Virus record (IMG/VR): IMGVR_UViG_3300037245_001773
Coordinates: 8,209-72,208 of that record
Strand: one strand, 5' to 3'
Length of the DNA stretch: 64,000 nt
Source of the DNA: a virus
The notes under the pieces are model-generated. The model made no database searches, was not told the origin of the DNA, and worked only from the letters and a program-made list of their open reading frames with translations. Made by a program: the position numbers and the translations under genes. Positions 18,987-28,610 of the stretch are shown here, piece by piece; within the stretch, counting starts at the first letter, position 1, and every line of letters begins with the position of its first letter.

Positions 18987-20282
18987 TTATACGATCAGAG
19001 TTACATTAACGGTTAACTTCAGGACAGCCGAACCGATTCGGGCCGTTACAGGAATTGCATCAACGATACCTGCTTGCCTGTTTGATACAGAGGCGGAAAG
19101 AGCGTCAGGCATCTCAATGATGAAATCTTGAGTGTCGCTGAGAGGATTCAAGCCGGTTCTCCCGAGTTGGACATTCAGAGAACTTGCGATTGCTTTTCTG
19201 ATAAGCTCAAAGCCTGAATTAGTGTATGGGATTTTCTCATTGGATATCTGAATATTGAAAATATCCGTCGCCATGTTCAATTCAATGAACACTCTCACAT
19301 TCTCATCAACTATCTGCCTTCCGGTAATTGTGAATCCGTCAGACGTTACCGAGATATTGTTTTGCGGCTCGGTATATGTGATATAAAACTTATCTCTCAG
19401 AACTTGAATGTCTGACTCACTGTAAAGAGTCTTTGGAACTGCTACCTGACCTGCTAATGCTTTATAGGCCCATGAGCTTGTCCCGATCAGTTTTCCAAGC
19501 TGGAAACCCTCGAAAGCGGCCTCAGGGAAAAGATACCTTGCAAAGTAGTCGATTGCCCCGTTGTTAGCGTCTGCCCCGTCGCTTTCAGTTGTGGCAAATG
19601 TCCAGGTTCCATCTGTGGGAACTGATGCAACCACATGATTTCCGTTCAGGTCCGAGCCGTCTGCGCCGGAGAGAGTTACAGGATCACCGACCCTTAAACC
19701 GTGAGCCGCGTCGGTTACCGTGGCCACAAGAGAAGCGACGGTTATATCAACGTCTTCCACGTCAACCCCTGCTTCATGGTGCGCGTGAAGGTACGTGTTT
19801 GTATTACCTGATGCATTCAAGATACTGCCAAGATCCGTTTCATCGTCCGAGTCGATCATTTCTGCATCGATTTCGATTGAAGCCCCGAACATGATGTTTT
19901 TCCCAAGAGCCCAATCTGATATCTCTTCGAGTTCGGTTTCGTCTTTGGTCGTTGTCAGGAGCTGAAAGAATCCTCTGTCTTGCGCCCATATATTGTCAAG
20001 CGATGCTGTGATATTTGCATCACCTGAATCAGTCCGCGCCACCTTGAAAGTTGAATTGTGGCCGGGTTGCTTGTAATGAGCGTTTGCACATTTAGCAATC
20101 TTGGTTGTGTTCGCAAAATCAGTTAACAGGTCAGTTTCAGAAGTGTAACTCTTTGTCAGGTTGGTGATTACGTCGGTTAGTAAGGGGTCGAAAACCATCG
20201 CAATATCAAGAGACGGTGCGGCTGCCACTTTATCAGCCAAGCTGACATTTACAACGACAGCATCAAAAAGAATGGAAGCCAT
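18987..20282 (-). CDS. Tail sheath protein (DUF3383-like) with an inserted beta domain
   Basis: SWAYKALAG and KIPYTNSGFELI motifs. Confidence 0.85.
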   Translation of the reverse strand: MASILFDAVVVNVSLADKVAAAPSLDIAMVFDPLLTDVITNLTKSYTSETDLLTDFANTTKIAKCANAHYKQPGHNSTFKVARTDSGDANITASLDNIWAQDRGFFQLLTTTKDETELEEISDWALGKNIMFGASIEIDAEMIDSDDETDLGSILNASGNTNTYLHAHHEAGVDVEDVDITVASLVATVTDAAHGLRVGDPVTLSGADGSDLNGNHVVASVPTDGTWTFATTESDGADANNGAIDYFARYLFPEAAFEGFQLGKLIGTSSWAYKALAGQVAVPKTLYSESDIQVLRDKFYITYTEPQNNISVTSDGFTITGRQIVDENVRVFIELNMATDIFNIQISNEKIPYTNSGFELIRKAIASSLNVQLGRTGLNPLSDTQDFIIEMPDALSASVSNRQAGIVDAIPVTARIGSAVLKLTVNVTLIV

Positions 20283-20812
20283 TAGATATCCTCGATAGTA
20301 AGGGTTGCATCGATTGTAGAGACATCAACTTCGAACGTCTCCTCTGTGTAATTCAAATTGTTATTCAAGAAAATCTCGACCGTGGCGCGTTGCTCGTTTT
20401 TATCTCCCATGAATTGTACTAATGGGGTTAAATCCGTCCAGTTCATTACGCCTATATTGTTGCTTTTCTGATAAGCCTGGCTTGAAAATGTGTTTAACCG
20501 GATAGTCATTTCTTCAGCGATTTGATTAGCTGATTTAAATCCGGAAACCTTTTTGTTTTTATTCTGTGCCGCTGTCTTTGTGTAGAAATTTACCTGAACG
20601 GCTTCGGTTTTATTGATATCTATTGTTTCAGTGTAAACGCCGGCGACGTCTAAATACCCTATTTGCTCACGCCCGTTTGCCGGGTTGCTGATTTCTTGCC
20701 AAGAACAATAAGGATTTTTAGGGGCCGCTCCTGGTTGGTTGTGTTTTATCACTTTAAAACCAACAGGTAGGAGTATTTTAAAAAAGCCCTGCAAGACTGA
20801 ATCAGGTATCAT
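20282..20812 (-). CDS. Tail terminator / neck protein
   Basis: Q-x-x-x-x-P-x-x-P-Y motif; precedes the sheath. Confidence 0.7.
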   Translation of the reverse strand: MIPDSVLQGFFKILLPVGFKVIKHNQPGAAPKNPYCSWQEISNPANGREQIGYLDVAGVYTETIDINKTEAVQVNFYTKTAAQNKNKKVSGFKSANQIAEEMTIRLNTFSSQAYQKSNNIGVMNWTDLTPLVQFMGDKNEQRATVEIFLNNNLNYTEETFEVDVSTIDATLTIEDI

Positions 20813-21173
20813 CTATATTATCCGCTTCGCCACTTCTCGTTAAATCAAATTCTCTGTAATCTCCTGGCCAGTGTACCATATTACTGACAGTAAATAATCC
20901 GTCATCTACTGTGATAATGTCTTTGTTTGATACTTTGTTCCCGGGAATATCAACTGCCCATCCATGCCATGAAATTTCCTGTCTTTGTGATGGTACGCCG
21001 TCATTGAGCTTGTCAACTATCGGTTGTAAATGAACTTTGACTGTTGTTTTTGATTCCGGAGCATCAACCCATATCCCGTCATCATCATCAAAAAATCCTT
21101 CTGCCCGTTCGAATCTTTGTATCGGATATTCCCTAGACCTGCTTAAAATAGTCTTTCTTATCGATTTGCTCAT
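20802..21173 (-). CDS. Head-closure protein
   Basis: G-x-W-V...L-Q-P...D-I-I motif; gene position. Confidence 0.65.
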   Translation of the reverse strand: MSKSIRKTILSRSREYPIQRFERAEGFFDDDDGIWVDAPESKTTVKVHLQPIVDKLNDGVPSQRQEISWHGWAVDIPGNKVSNKDIITVDDGLFTVSNMVHWPGDYREFDLTRSGEADNIDDT

Positions 21174-21619
21174 GATACTTTAACGGTCGCCCCGTTTATC
21201 ATTCTTGATGAGTCAATCAATGGCGTGTCACTTCCTTTTCTGTCGATTGTCGATTGCTCGTTATCCGCCAATCCTAATTCTCTTGTGACAACTCCATTCA
21301 TCATTGTGTTTCTGTAAAAGTCTCCCCATACTTCTAGTGCTAACTCCGCGTCTATTTTATCATCCAGATATTTATCAGCGAGCTTAACACCCATGTCGCC
21401 TATTTCCTGCTCGTTATTATCAAACGAATCCCGCATGAATGGCCTTGCCGTCTGTCCTTCGCCTAACTCATGTATGATTGCGAGTTTAGCAAGATCAATT
21501 CCATCCTCTTCGGACTCCCCTTGTTGATAACCAACTTCGGCATCCATCTTTGTCAGAGTTTCTATTTTGTCAAAAAAGTCATCAAACCCATTATCAATGT
21601 CTATTATCTCAACACCCAT
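21170..21619 (-). CDS. Neck/tail-completion protein
   Basis: LAIIHELG, RPFMR and STIDRKGSDTPLIDS motifs. Confidence 0.8.
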   Translation of the reverse strand: MGVEIIDIDNGFDDFFDKIETLTKMDAEVGYQQGESEEDGIDLAKLAIIHELGEGQTARPFMRDSFDNNEQEIGDMGVKLADKYLDDKIDAELALEVWGDFYRNTMMNGVVTRELGLADNEQSTIDRKGSDTPLIDSSRMINGATVKVS

Positions 21620-21987
21620 CAGTTGTAAAACCCCACGTACCTATGTTTCATTATGTGCCAAAAAGAACGCCCATATTGAGTTTCCTGGATAGTCATGTCA
21701 GGGGGTGGGTTGTTAACTGCCAACGTCACCCCCGTTGATACTGACCCAATAGATTCACTGGATCTTGTTCCTTCGCCTGCGGGTGGAGTTATGGCCATAT
21801 TAGCCCAATGCGAAGCATAATAGCGCCTCGCATCGAATGTGTCATCCAGATATCGAGACTCTGCAATCCGACGGTTTGTCATATTTATCACCAAGTCACG
21901 TTGAGCCGGTGTGAACAACTCAAGTTCTTCGGCAATATCCTGCGCCGTGTTCTGCACATCAGTCCATGTAATATCTGGAAGTGCCAT
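21619..21987 (-). CDS. Head-tail adaptor (DUF4054-like)
   Basis: YYASH, SSESIGSVS and TQYGRSFW motifs. Confidence 0.8.
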   Translation of the reverse strand: MALPDITWTDVQNTAQDIAEELELFTPAQRDLVINMTNRRIAESRYLDDTFDARRYYASHWANMAITPPAGEGTRSSESIGSVSTGVTLAVNNPPPDMTIQETQYGRSFWHIMKHRYVGFYN

Positions 21988-22460
21988 TATTTATCCGCCT
22001 TTTTTGCTTCTTTTTTGGCTTCTGCCAATGCTTTTTTGGCTTCTTTGACCACAAGCAATGCGGCCTTTTTCTCATCCGCATTAGCAGCCTTTTCAAGAGC
22101 GTCTTCTGCTTCCATTAAAGCCTTTTCAGCCTTGCCGACTTCAGACTCCTGTTTTTCATCGAACTTCGCCTTGTCCTCGGCATATTTGAGTTTTTTCTCA
22201 AGTTTCGTGATTTCACCCTTGAGACTTGAGATTTCAGACGACGCGGACTCGGCATCTTCGACAAAATCACCGCGATTCAACAGATGTTTCAATGCACTCC
22301 CATTTTCAGCCATGAGAGCGTCGAATTGATCATCGTGAACCTCAGTTTTTTTATCGGGCAAAAATTCAACCGAAAATACCTTGTCGGGTTTATCTTTGCC
22401 GACTTTAATCCTACCACTCATGACATTGGCGGATGTTAGCTTTGAATAAATCAAATGCAT
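21987..22460 (-). CDS. Capsid-adjacent protein with a K/E/A-rich helical C-terminus
   Basis: GGAGG RBS; follows the MCP. Confidence 0.7.
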   Translation of the reverse strand: MHLIYSKLTSANVMSGRIKVGKDKPDKVFSVEFLPDKKTEVHDDQFDALMAENGSALKHLLNRGDFVEDAESASSEISSLKGEITKLEKKLKYAEDKAKFDEKQESEVGKAEKALMEAEDALEKAANADEKKAALLVVKEAKKALAEAKKEAKKADK

Positions 22461-22469
22461 TTTATCCTC

Positions 22470-23624
22470 CTATATGCCGTAAGTTTGATCAAGAGCAACC
22501 GCGTAGCGCATTGTCACGCCACCGAATTCCATCTCTGAATCAAAGTTGAAAAGAAGCCCTTTGATTGACATCGGCATCCAAATGATACTTTCGACAACGT
22601 TTGCCTCTAGGACTCGGTTGTCTTTTGGATACACAATCATCAACTGACTTGAGCCGGTTCCCTGATCAGACAGCTCGAAAATAACCACGAAATTGCTGAT
22701 TCCGTTGACTGCTGAATTGTTCAGGATGTACTGCATGATCGACGTGTCAGTACCGGACGACATACGCTCGTTTGCAAGAAAGTCGAATCTTGCTTGACTC
22801 AGAGCAACGGTCATTCCAGCCTTGCCATAAACACCGTAAGTCCTGGTTCGAACCCTGGAAACAGAATCAACGACATCGTGCATGATCTCATCGTTGGTCT
22901 TTTCTCCGCCTGGCCATGTCCTGTCAGTACCGGACGCGCCCAGCGGTGCTTGAGTATTCGTCACGCCAGTAGCGTTGATAAATCCCTCAAGTCCAAGTGC
23001 TGAGTTTCCAAGGAACATCTGAGTTTGAAGCCGTCTTGCATAACCGAGTTCAACAGCGATCAAATCTTCAGTGCTCAGAGGTACGCCAGCCATTGCAGCC
23101 TTGCGCAACTCTTGAGCTGTGTAGCCATAACCCAAAGCCCAAGAATAAACTTTATTCGAGAACTCAACGCCTTTGGCGTTTGCCCGTGGAACGTTCGTGA
23201 TGTTTCCGACTGCGGTCAGTTCAGCAAGTCCGGTATGATCGATGGTTCTGTATGTAATCCGATCAGTTCCGGGTGTGAACGTCTTGATTGGAAGAACTTC
23301 TTTCCAATTGTCCAGGGGCTTATGGATCACCGCGTAACGGGTGGGATCGATCTCTTCCAACTGACGGGCAAAAACGAGCCCTTCATTTGCATCGAAACGA
23401 CCGGATTTCTCCATGTTTTTGACAATCTCATCATCTGTCAATTCCCTGCTGTACTGGTTTTTGAAAGCGTTGTTTTCAATCGCCGCTTTCTCATACTCAA
23501 TCACCCGAAACTGCTCCTTAAGCTGATCGAGTCTGTACGGGGTGTCTTTCCCGTCAGGATTGATAGCTTTCATAATAAAGGGGTTGGCCTTTATCTCAGC
23601 CATCAAAGTATCTAAATATTCCAT
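22470..23624 (-). CDS. Major capsid protein (DUF2184, encapsulin-like HK97 fold)
   Basis: FARQLEEID, GYGYTAQELRKA, GNSALGLEGFIN and FGGVTMRY motifs. Confidence 0.9.
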   Translation of the reverse strand: MEYLDTLMAEIKANPFIMKAINPDGKDTPYRLDQLKEQFRVIEYEKAAIENNAFKNQYSRELTDDEIVKNMEKSGRFDANEGLVFARQLEEIDPTRYAVIHKPLDNWKEVLPIKTFTPGTDRITYRTIDHTGLAELTAVGNITNVPRANAKGVEFSNKVYSWALGYGYTAQELRKAAMAGVPLSTEDLIAVELGYARRLQTQMFLGNSALGLEGFINATGVTNTQAPLGASGTDRTWPGGEKTNDEIMHDVVDSVSRVRTRTYGVYGKAGMTVALSQARFDFLANERMSSGTDTSIMQYILNNSAVNGISNFVVIFELSDQGTGSSQLMIVYPKDNRVLEANVVESIIWMPMSIKGLLFNFDSEMEFGGVTMRYAVALDQTYGI

Positions 23625-23633
23625 TTATCCCCC

Positions 23634-24143
23634 TTATGTTAGAGTTGAGCCAATTCCTGCCGCGATATCGAGGTAGAAAAGGACAATGTCACCTGAGTCA
23701 CCACCCTCAAGATAATATCCCGGGACTTGGCTGGCTTTGTTGGTATCCAGGTCAATTCTCCAGGTTTTGGCCGCCGAGTCGCCGGTGGTATGAGTAAAAT
23801 ATCCGATATCATTCTTGACCACCGTATCGCCAAGCAATACAGCGATAGTTCCCTTTCTCAGGAGCGTAATCGGCTGGTCGTCTTCGTACGAGTTGACCCC
23901 GGTGCTGAGAGCTTTCTCGTTCTGAAACTCCGACCAAATGGCGATCCCTTGGAATGTTTTCTGGGTAAAAGCAGCCTCCGCGCCTTTGACATCAATTTCC
24001 GCCGTGCTTTGGACTGCTACCTCGCCCGGCTTCATATTGGTGTCGTCGTCAAGAATTCTGACCAGAGTTTCGGCGGTTTCGAGATCAACCACTTGGCCGG
24101 CCACCAAACGATCACGGAATTCACTTACTGTTGTTTGTGTCAT
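23634..24143 (-). CDS. Capsid decoration / cement protein
   Basis: Between protease and MCP; FQGIA and ITLLRKGTIAV motifs; TAATG coupling. Confidence 0.75.
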   Translation of the reverse strand: MTQTTVSEFRDRLVAGQVVDLETAETLVRILDDDTNMKPGEVAVQSTAEIDVKGAEAAFTQKTFQGIAIWSEFQNEKALSTGVNSYEDDQPITLLRKGTIAVLLGDTVVKNDIGYFTHTTGDSAAKTWRIDLDTNKASQVPGYYLEGGDSGDIVLFYLDIAAGIGSTLT

Positions 24144-25357
24144 TATCCGTTCCTCCATGCTCTGGCTTTATCGAATGCAGACGTTTCCCCTTCTTTGCCT
24201 GGTTCGAAACTGTGGTTATCAAGATTCTCCTTGGCGGCAATCTTCTTTTTTTCATGCTTATGATCCAGCATGTCAAACGCGGCCTTGGCGTAAACAGGAT
24301 TTTCAAGATCAGCATGCTTTGACTCTGGCAATTTGCCTGCTTTCTTGACCACCCCTACAATGATTTCTTCGTTGGTCATTTTATCCGCACCATCAAGCTT
24401 GTACTCGCTTGCTGTATTCAGATAACCTGACCTTTCCTTGACAAATTCATCCAGCTTTTCTTTCGGGATTGAATCTACATTCGCTCCCTCAAGCTCTGTA
24501 TTCTTAGCTTCAAGAATATCGAACTTTGCCTTGGATGCTACTGCTTCATTTGTCAAAGAATCAAATTTCTCAACAGCTTCTTTCAGTGCAGTTGTGAAAC
24601 GTTTCTCGCGCTTTTTCAGCTGAGTGATGACTCCCTTATATTCCTTAGGAAGCTCAACCTCTTCAGCATCAAGCCGAAAATCGCCAACCACTACCTCCGG
24701 TAGCTCCCGTTGAATAATTTCCATGATTGATTCCTCTTTATGGTTTTCGCTGATTTCCTCGGAGTCGATTCTCTCAGCTTCAATGCCGTTTATTGCGCTA
24801 TTACTATCAAGACGGATACGGCATGTTTCCCCGCCCCTAGCGTTCTTCACTCTTGCTATGTGGTTGTATCTTATGTTTTTTTGACGTTTTTGAAACTCAA
24901 CCCCTTCAAAGATACCCGATTCGTTTATTACATCACATCGATATCCGGCTGAAAGTTCTAAATCTTTTTCCCCTTCTATCGCTTTTATTTCTTTTCCATC
25001 AACAATTTTTAACGGTACTCTTGCATGATTTTCAACTCTAGAAACATCCTCCATTGACATTCCAAAAGTTTTATTAGCAGCGTTTTCAGGAGTAAACAGT
25101 TCAACATGATTTGATTGAGTTGTGTATGGCAGCCCCTTCAATGAATCCATTGTCTCGACAGAAAACACATCATCCGGGTGCCTTAATTCTCCCCACTCAT
25201 TACCAATAGAGTCCCGGTACATGAAAACACCGGCTCTTGTCGGAGTCGAATCAACCCTCAAAAAACCGTTGCTGTCTTTTTTTGGGTCATCTACTTTGAA
25301 CGCTGGAACGTTGACCTTGAAAAAGTCATACCTGATTTGGCCCATCATTTTACTCAT
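24143..25357 (-). CDS. Capsid maturation protease-scaffold (DUF2213)
   Basis: GFLRVD-x-x-P-TRAGVFMY, ELRHPDDVFS, ELSAGY and YNHIARV-x-x-ARGG motifs; coiled-coil C-terminus. Confidence 0.9.
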   Translation of the reverse strand: MSKMMGQIRYDFFKVNVPAFKVDDPKKDSNGFLRVDSTPTRAGVFMYRDSIGNEWGELRHPDDVFSVETMDSLKGLPYTTQSNHVELFTPENAANKTFGMSMEDVSRVENHARVPLKIVDGKEIKAIEGEKDLELSAGYRCDVINESGIFEGVEFQKRQKNIRYNHIARVKNARGGETCRIRLDSNSAINGIEAERIDSEEISENHKEESIMEIIQRELPEVVVGDFRLDAEEVELPKEYKGVITQLKKREKRFTTALKEAVEKFDSLTNEAVASKAKFDILEAKNTELEGANVDSIPKEKLDEFVKERSGYLNTASEYKLDGADKMTNEEIIVGVVKKAGKLPESKHADLENPVYAKAAFDMLDHKHEKKKIAAKENLDNHSFEPGKEGETSAFDKARAWRNG

Positions 25358-25634
25358 TGATTAACTCCCGTATTCCATTGATTAGCCACTCCCAAAAGTC
25401 CTTGAATTCAGAGATATACTGACGCATGAAAAAGAAAACCAGCCCGAACAAGGCAGCAAAAACCGCTATTCTGATGATGAAATTGTCATCCCTGGTCTTT
25501 GACTCTGACTGATTTAATGTAGCTCTCTCAGCCCTTGCCAGTGCAATTTTCAACAGCATATATATGATGCCTGCCATTGCAAGGATGTTGAAATAATACC
25601 AAACTAGCCCGGTTTGAGCGTAACTAAGAAGCAT
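25350..25634 (-). CDS. Small two-TM membrane protein (holin-like candidate)
   Basis: Two hydrophobic segments. Confidence 0.65.
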   Translation of the reverse strand: MLLSYAQTGLVWYYFNILAMAGIIYMLLKIALARAERATLNQSESKTRDDNFIIRIAVFAALFGLVFFFMRQYISEFKDFWEWLINGIRELINE

Positions 25635-26094
25635 TTTCCTTCCTCGGCATTCCGTAAAGTTTCGCGCCTGTATTCTTCTGGTTTCCCTTGAAGCATTGGG
25701 ACAATATCACAGCAGACGTAATCAATATGTACCCGAATCCATTATCCCCAAATGGCGGAACAAATGACTCAGTTGGCCATAACATTGCGAACGCTTGCCA
25801 TTGCCAATAATATCCAGTAGCCCCACATATAAAAAACTTGGCTAAATAATTAGTTGTGTAGTCCACATATCTAGCTGTGAGAAAGCAAACGATTACAAAC
25901 TGCCATATGATAAGCCCAAAAGTTCCAGATTTCACGGGAACGGAACTGTCACCGAGATAACCAGTTGTTACCAGCCCGATCAAAAACCCGTTAAACAAGG
26001 CAACCATCAGAATAATATTAGGCGTTATATTATCTGTTGCGGTTCTCAGAAAATCATTTACACCCTGGAGGGCGTCATCTGCTTTGTCTTTCAT
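25624..26094 (-). CDS. Four-TM membrane protein
   Basis: About four hydrophobic segments. Confidence 0.7.
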   Translation of the reverse strand: MKDKADDALQGVNDFLRTATDNITPNIILMVALFNGFLIGLVTTGYLGDSSVPVKSGTFGLIIWQFVIVCFLTARYVDYTTNYLAKFFICGATGYYWQWQAFAMLWPTESFVPPFGDNGFGYILITSAVILSQCFKGNQKNTGAKLYGMPRKENAS

Positions 26095-26095
26095 T

Positions 26096-26269
26096 TTACC
26101 TTTTCCTCAGTGCTCTGTTTAACGTGTTGCTTAACTCTTCATCTTTTTCTATTTCGTCATGTCCGGCCTCTACATATTTCGCAATGGTTGCCAAGTCGAA
26201 CTTGTTTGATCTTCTCATTGACTTGTTCGTATCATATTTATTTGATTTTGATTTCCTAACGGTTGTCAT
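26096..26269 (-). CDS. Small charged protein, 57 aa (not in ORF track)
   Basis: ATGA overlap; MTTVRKSKSNKYDTNKSMRRSNKFDLATIAKYVEAGHDEIEKDEELSNTLNRALRKR. Confidence 0.65.
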   Translation of the reverse strand: MTTVRKSKSNKYDTNKSMRRSNKFDLATIAKYVEAGHDEIEKDEELSNTLNRALRKR

Positions 26270-26973
26270 TCTTTGTCGTCCTCCACAAAGTCCTCAATTA
26301 CATCTGGACCGATTACACACCTAAACCGTTTTTGATCTTCTTTATTCTTGATTCTTTTGACTCTCCATGATTTAACAAAAACCGCTTCCATTTCTTCGTC
26401 TGGCAGAAACCCGTCGAAATAATCCTCACAATAATCATCGGCTGACATGCTGAAAAAAGTCGAGTGATCCAAGTTAAGTCTTGCGTTATCTTTTCCCCTC
26501 GCCGCTGATCTCATCACCATAAAATCTTGCTCATCATATATAGCGTATGCGAATATTTTCGAGAACTTTATTTTCTTGTCAAATTCAACATTGAACTTCG
26601 ATTCTAAACTTCGGACTCCCTTGGTATGGAAAAAAGGGTGCATGTTTAGTTTTGTGGATTTATGTCCTGATTCTTTTGCGAATATCTTAAAGAATCCCAC
26701 ATAATCATCTTTTGCCCCCGCATCCGCCAATCCACCGGCAATGTCTACACTCTTTGTATAATTCATTGTGAGTGCCATCATTGCTACTGTAAAAACACCC
26801 AAGAACATAAACCTTGCCACCTGATAACCAGCCGCTTTCTTGCCGAGTTCACATATCGTGTTCAAGAGTGGATGCCTTATCAAGAAATCAGAACGTCCTG
26901 TATCGGTGTCGAGTCTGGTCTCCTCTGTCTGATTTGTATCGCTGAATTCATCCAAATTAAATAAATTAGACAT
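26266..26973 (-). CDS. Single-TM hypothetical protein
   Basis: One TM segment (FMFLGVFTVAMMALTM); coupled to both neighbours. Confidence 0.7.
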   Translation of the reverse strand: MSNLFNLDEFSDTNQTEETRLDTDTGRSDFLIRHPLLNTICELGKKAAGYQVARFMFLGVFTVAMMALTMNYTKSVDIAGGLADAGAKDDYVGFFKIFAKESGHKSTKLNMHPFFHTKGVRSLESKFNVEFDKKIKFSKIFAYAIYDEQDFMVMRSAARGKDNARLNLDHSTFFSMSADDYCEDYFDGFLPDEEMEAVFVKSWRVKRIKNKEDQKRFRCVIGPDVIEDFVEDDKE

Positions 26974-28174
26974 CTATCGCCCCTGACTTTTGCGCTGTTT
27001 GGATTGCCTTGTCATTTGATGCAAATTGAAAAAGTTCATCAATCGGGTTGCACTCGTATCTTGTGGATCCGCACGCTCTGGAATTATCCAGGTTGACATC
27101 ATGCTTTTGTTCGTCTTTTTTGATCAGTTTGCTGCGTTCATCCAGTACCCCTGACCCCTTATCAAAAATTCTCACGGGTGCGCCGATACTTGTCACACTC
27201 AGACCAGTGTTATATTGCATGAGATAGACATCGTTATTCTTTACAATGTCCCCGTTCATAATCCCAAAACCTGTAAACATTGGCTTGGAATTGAAGAAAA
27301 CAGGATCCAGCATTGCAGCACAGACAGCTATGTAAATCGGCATATCCGGAAATGTCTTTCTTGTGATTGTCATGGTCCTACGTGAAATATCCCATACCGG
27401 AATATAAACATCTTTCTGGCATTCCTTGACTGTCAGATCTCGGTCTGTTCTCCCTCCTCCAGCACTCTTTGCCTTGAAGTAATTCCGGATAACTTTTTCC
27501 GCTTTCTTCGATTTGATTCTATCATTGTCTCGGTTCAGGAGAATGGAAGACGCTATTTCAACACCGACTTGAACGTATCCTTTTCTCACGACATTTAGAA
27601 AATCGCTCAGATACCACCGATTTAATTCATCTGCACTGTAACCGAGCGCACAACTGAACGCCTGTAATGAACCGAACCCGGCACCTGAAAAAACATCAAA
27701 TTCGGTTACTATTGAACCGTACCTTTCCGCGATCCTTCCTTCCAGTCTATGCTGAATTACTATCTGGCCGATTGTGCGGGTAAAATATGACTGATCGAAT
27801 GAAAGCGCCTTGCCTGTAAATTTCTGGTTAAGTGTTTCCTGGCTCTTTTGAATCTCGGCCCTGAAATATTGGTTCCCCGCAATCGACTTTTTGACGGGGG
27901 GTTCATCATATTTTTTTGGTGCTGTGGTTGCTTGCTCGTCAATGATAAAATGATAACTCGCGTTCATCAGGTAGCAATCCTGAAAGGTGATTTCCGCAAT
28001 GTTGTCTTCCGGTATCAGGACAATTTTAGGCGGCATTATCCCGGTTCCGGAAGTACATCTTATATATACAGGAGTACCGGCAAATTCAGATCCTACCCTG
28101 TATATTCTGCTATTCGGTATCTTGATGCGAAATTCTTGCCCTAGCTTTATCTGCTGGTTCGATTGCATTATCAA
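26966..28174 (-). CDS. Patatin/CapV-like phospholipase-fold protein with degenerate catalytic motifs
   Basis: ALSFDQSYFTR ~ ILSLDGGGIRG; FDVFSGAGFGSLQAFSCALGYSADEL ~ FDLIAGTSTGGIIALGLALGYSAEEL; AAMLDPVFF ~ ASSAAPTYF; NGDIVKNND ~ DGGVVANNP. Confidence 0.7.
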   Translation of the reverse strand: MIMQSNQQIKLGQEFRIKIPNSRIYRVGSEFAGTPVYIRCTSGTGIMPPKIVLIPEDNIAEITFQDCYLMNASYHFIIDEQATTAPKKYDEPPVKKSIAGNQYFRAEIQKSQETLNQKFTGKALSFDQSYFTRTIGQIVIQHRLEGRIAERYGSIVTEFDVFSGAGFGSLQAFSCALGYSADELNRWYLSDFLNVVRKGYVQVGVEIASSILLNRDNDRIKSKKAEKVIRNYFKAKSAGGGRTDRDLTVKECQKDVYIPVWDISRRTMTITRKTFPDMPIYIAVCAAMLDPVFFNSKPMFTGFGIMNGDIVKNNDVYLMQYNTGLSVTSIGAPVRIFDKGSGVLDERSKLIKKDEQKHDVNLDNSRACGSTRYECNPIDELFQFASNDKAIQTAQKSGAIDV

Positions 28175-28610
28175 TCTCGGTTATCATTGTTTTAATCTGG
28201 CTTTCTTCTGTAGATTCTACCAGGTAAGATAAATAGCATGCCACATTTTGATTTACCAGCGTTTCGTCTGAGAAAAAAGCCTCTTTCTGGTCACTGTGTC
28301 TTATTCTTAAAATTCCACCGTTGACATATAGATAATGGTGACCGTCGAAAATTAGTCCTTTTGTCCTCGGTGTTATTTCGTTCAACTCTTTCACAAAGTC
28401 CGTTACTTTCAAAGGACTTTCAAATGCCCCGGTTCCAAATAATCTGTCATTCTCGAAATATTGTGGCGGCACGCTTCTGTTGGGAGTCAGAGATTGTTCC
28501 CTTATGTTCGTTGCCTTTAATCCATTCTGCACTGATTCCAAAAACCAAGGATTCCTTGTCGGGTTCTTTTTATCTGGTCTTTCCTTGTATGTGGTTAATA
28601 AGTTTTTCAT
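28110..28610 (-). CDS. Hypothetical protein
   Basis: ATGA-coupled to the gpF-like gene. Confidence 0.65.
   Translation of the reverse strand: MKNLLTTYKERPDKKNPTRNPWFLESVQNGLKATNIREQSLTPNRSVPPQYFENDRLFGTGAFESPLKVTDFVKELNEITPRTKGLIFDGHHYLYVNGGILRIRHSDQKEAFFSDETLVNQNVACYLSYLVESTEESQIKTMITEIDNAIEPADKARARISHQDTE

Noticed and set aside
26966-28174. Active phospholipase or a complete CBASS operon
   Set aside because: The catalytic Ser and Asp are absent and no CD-NTase is recognisable nearby
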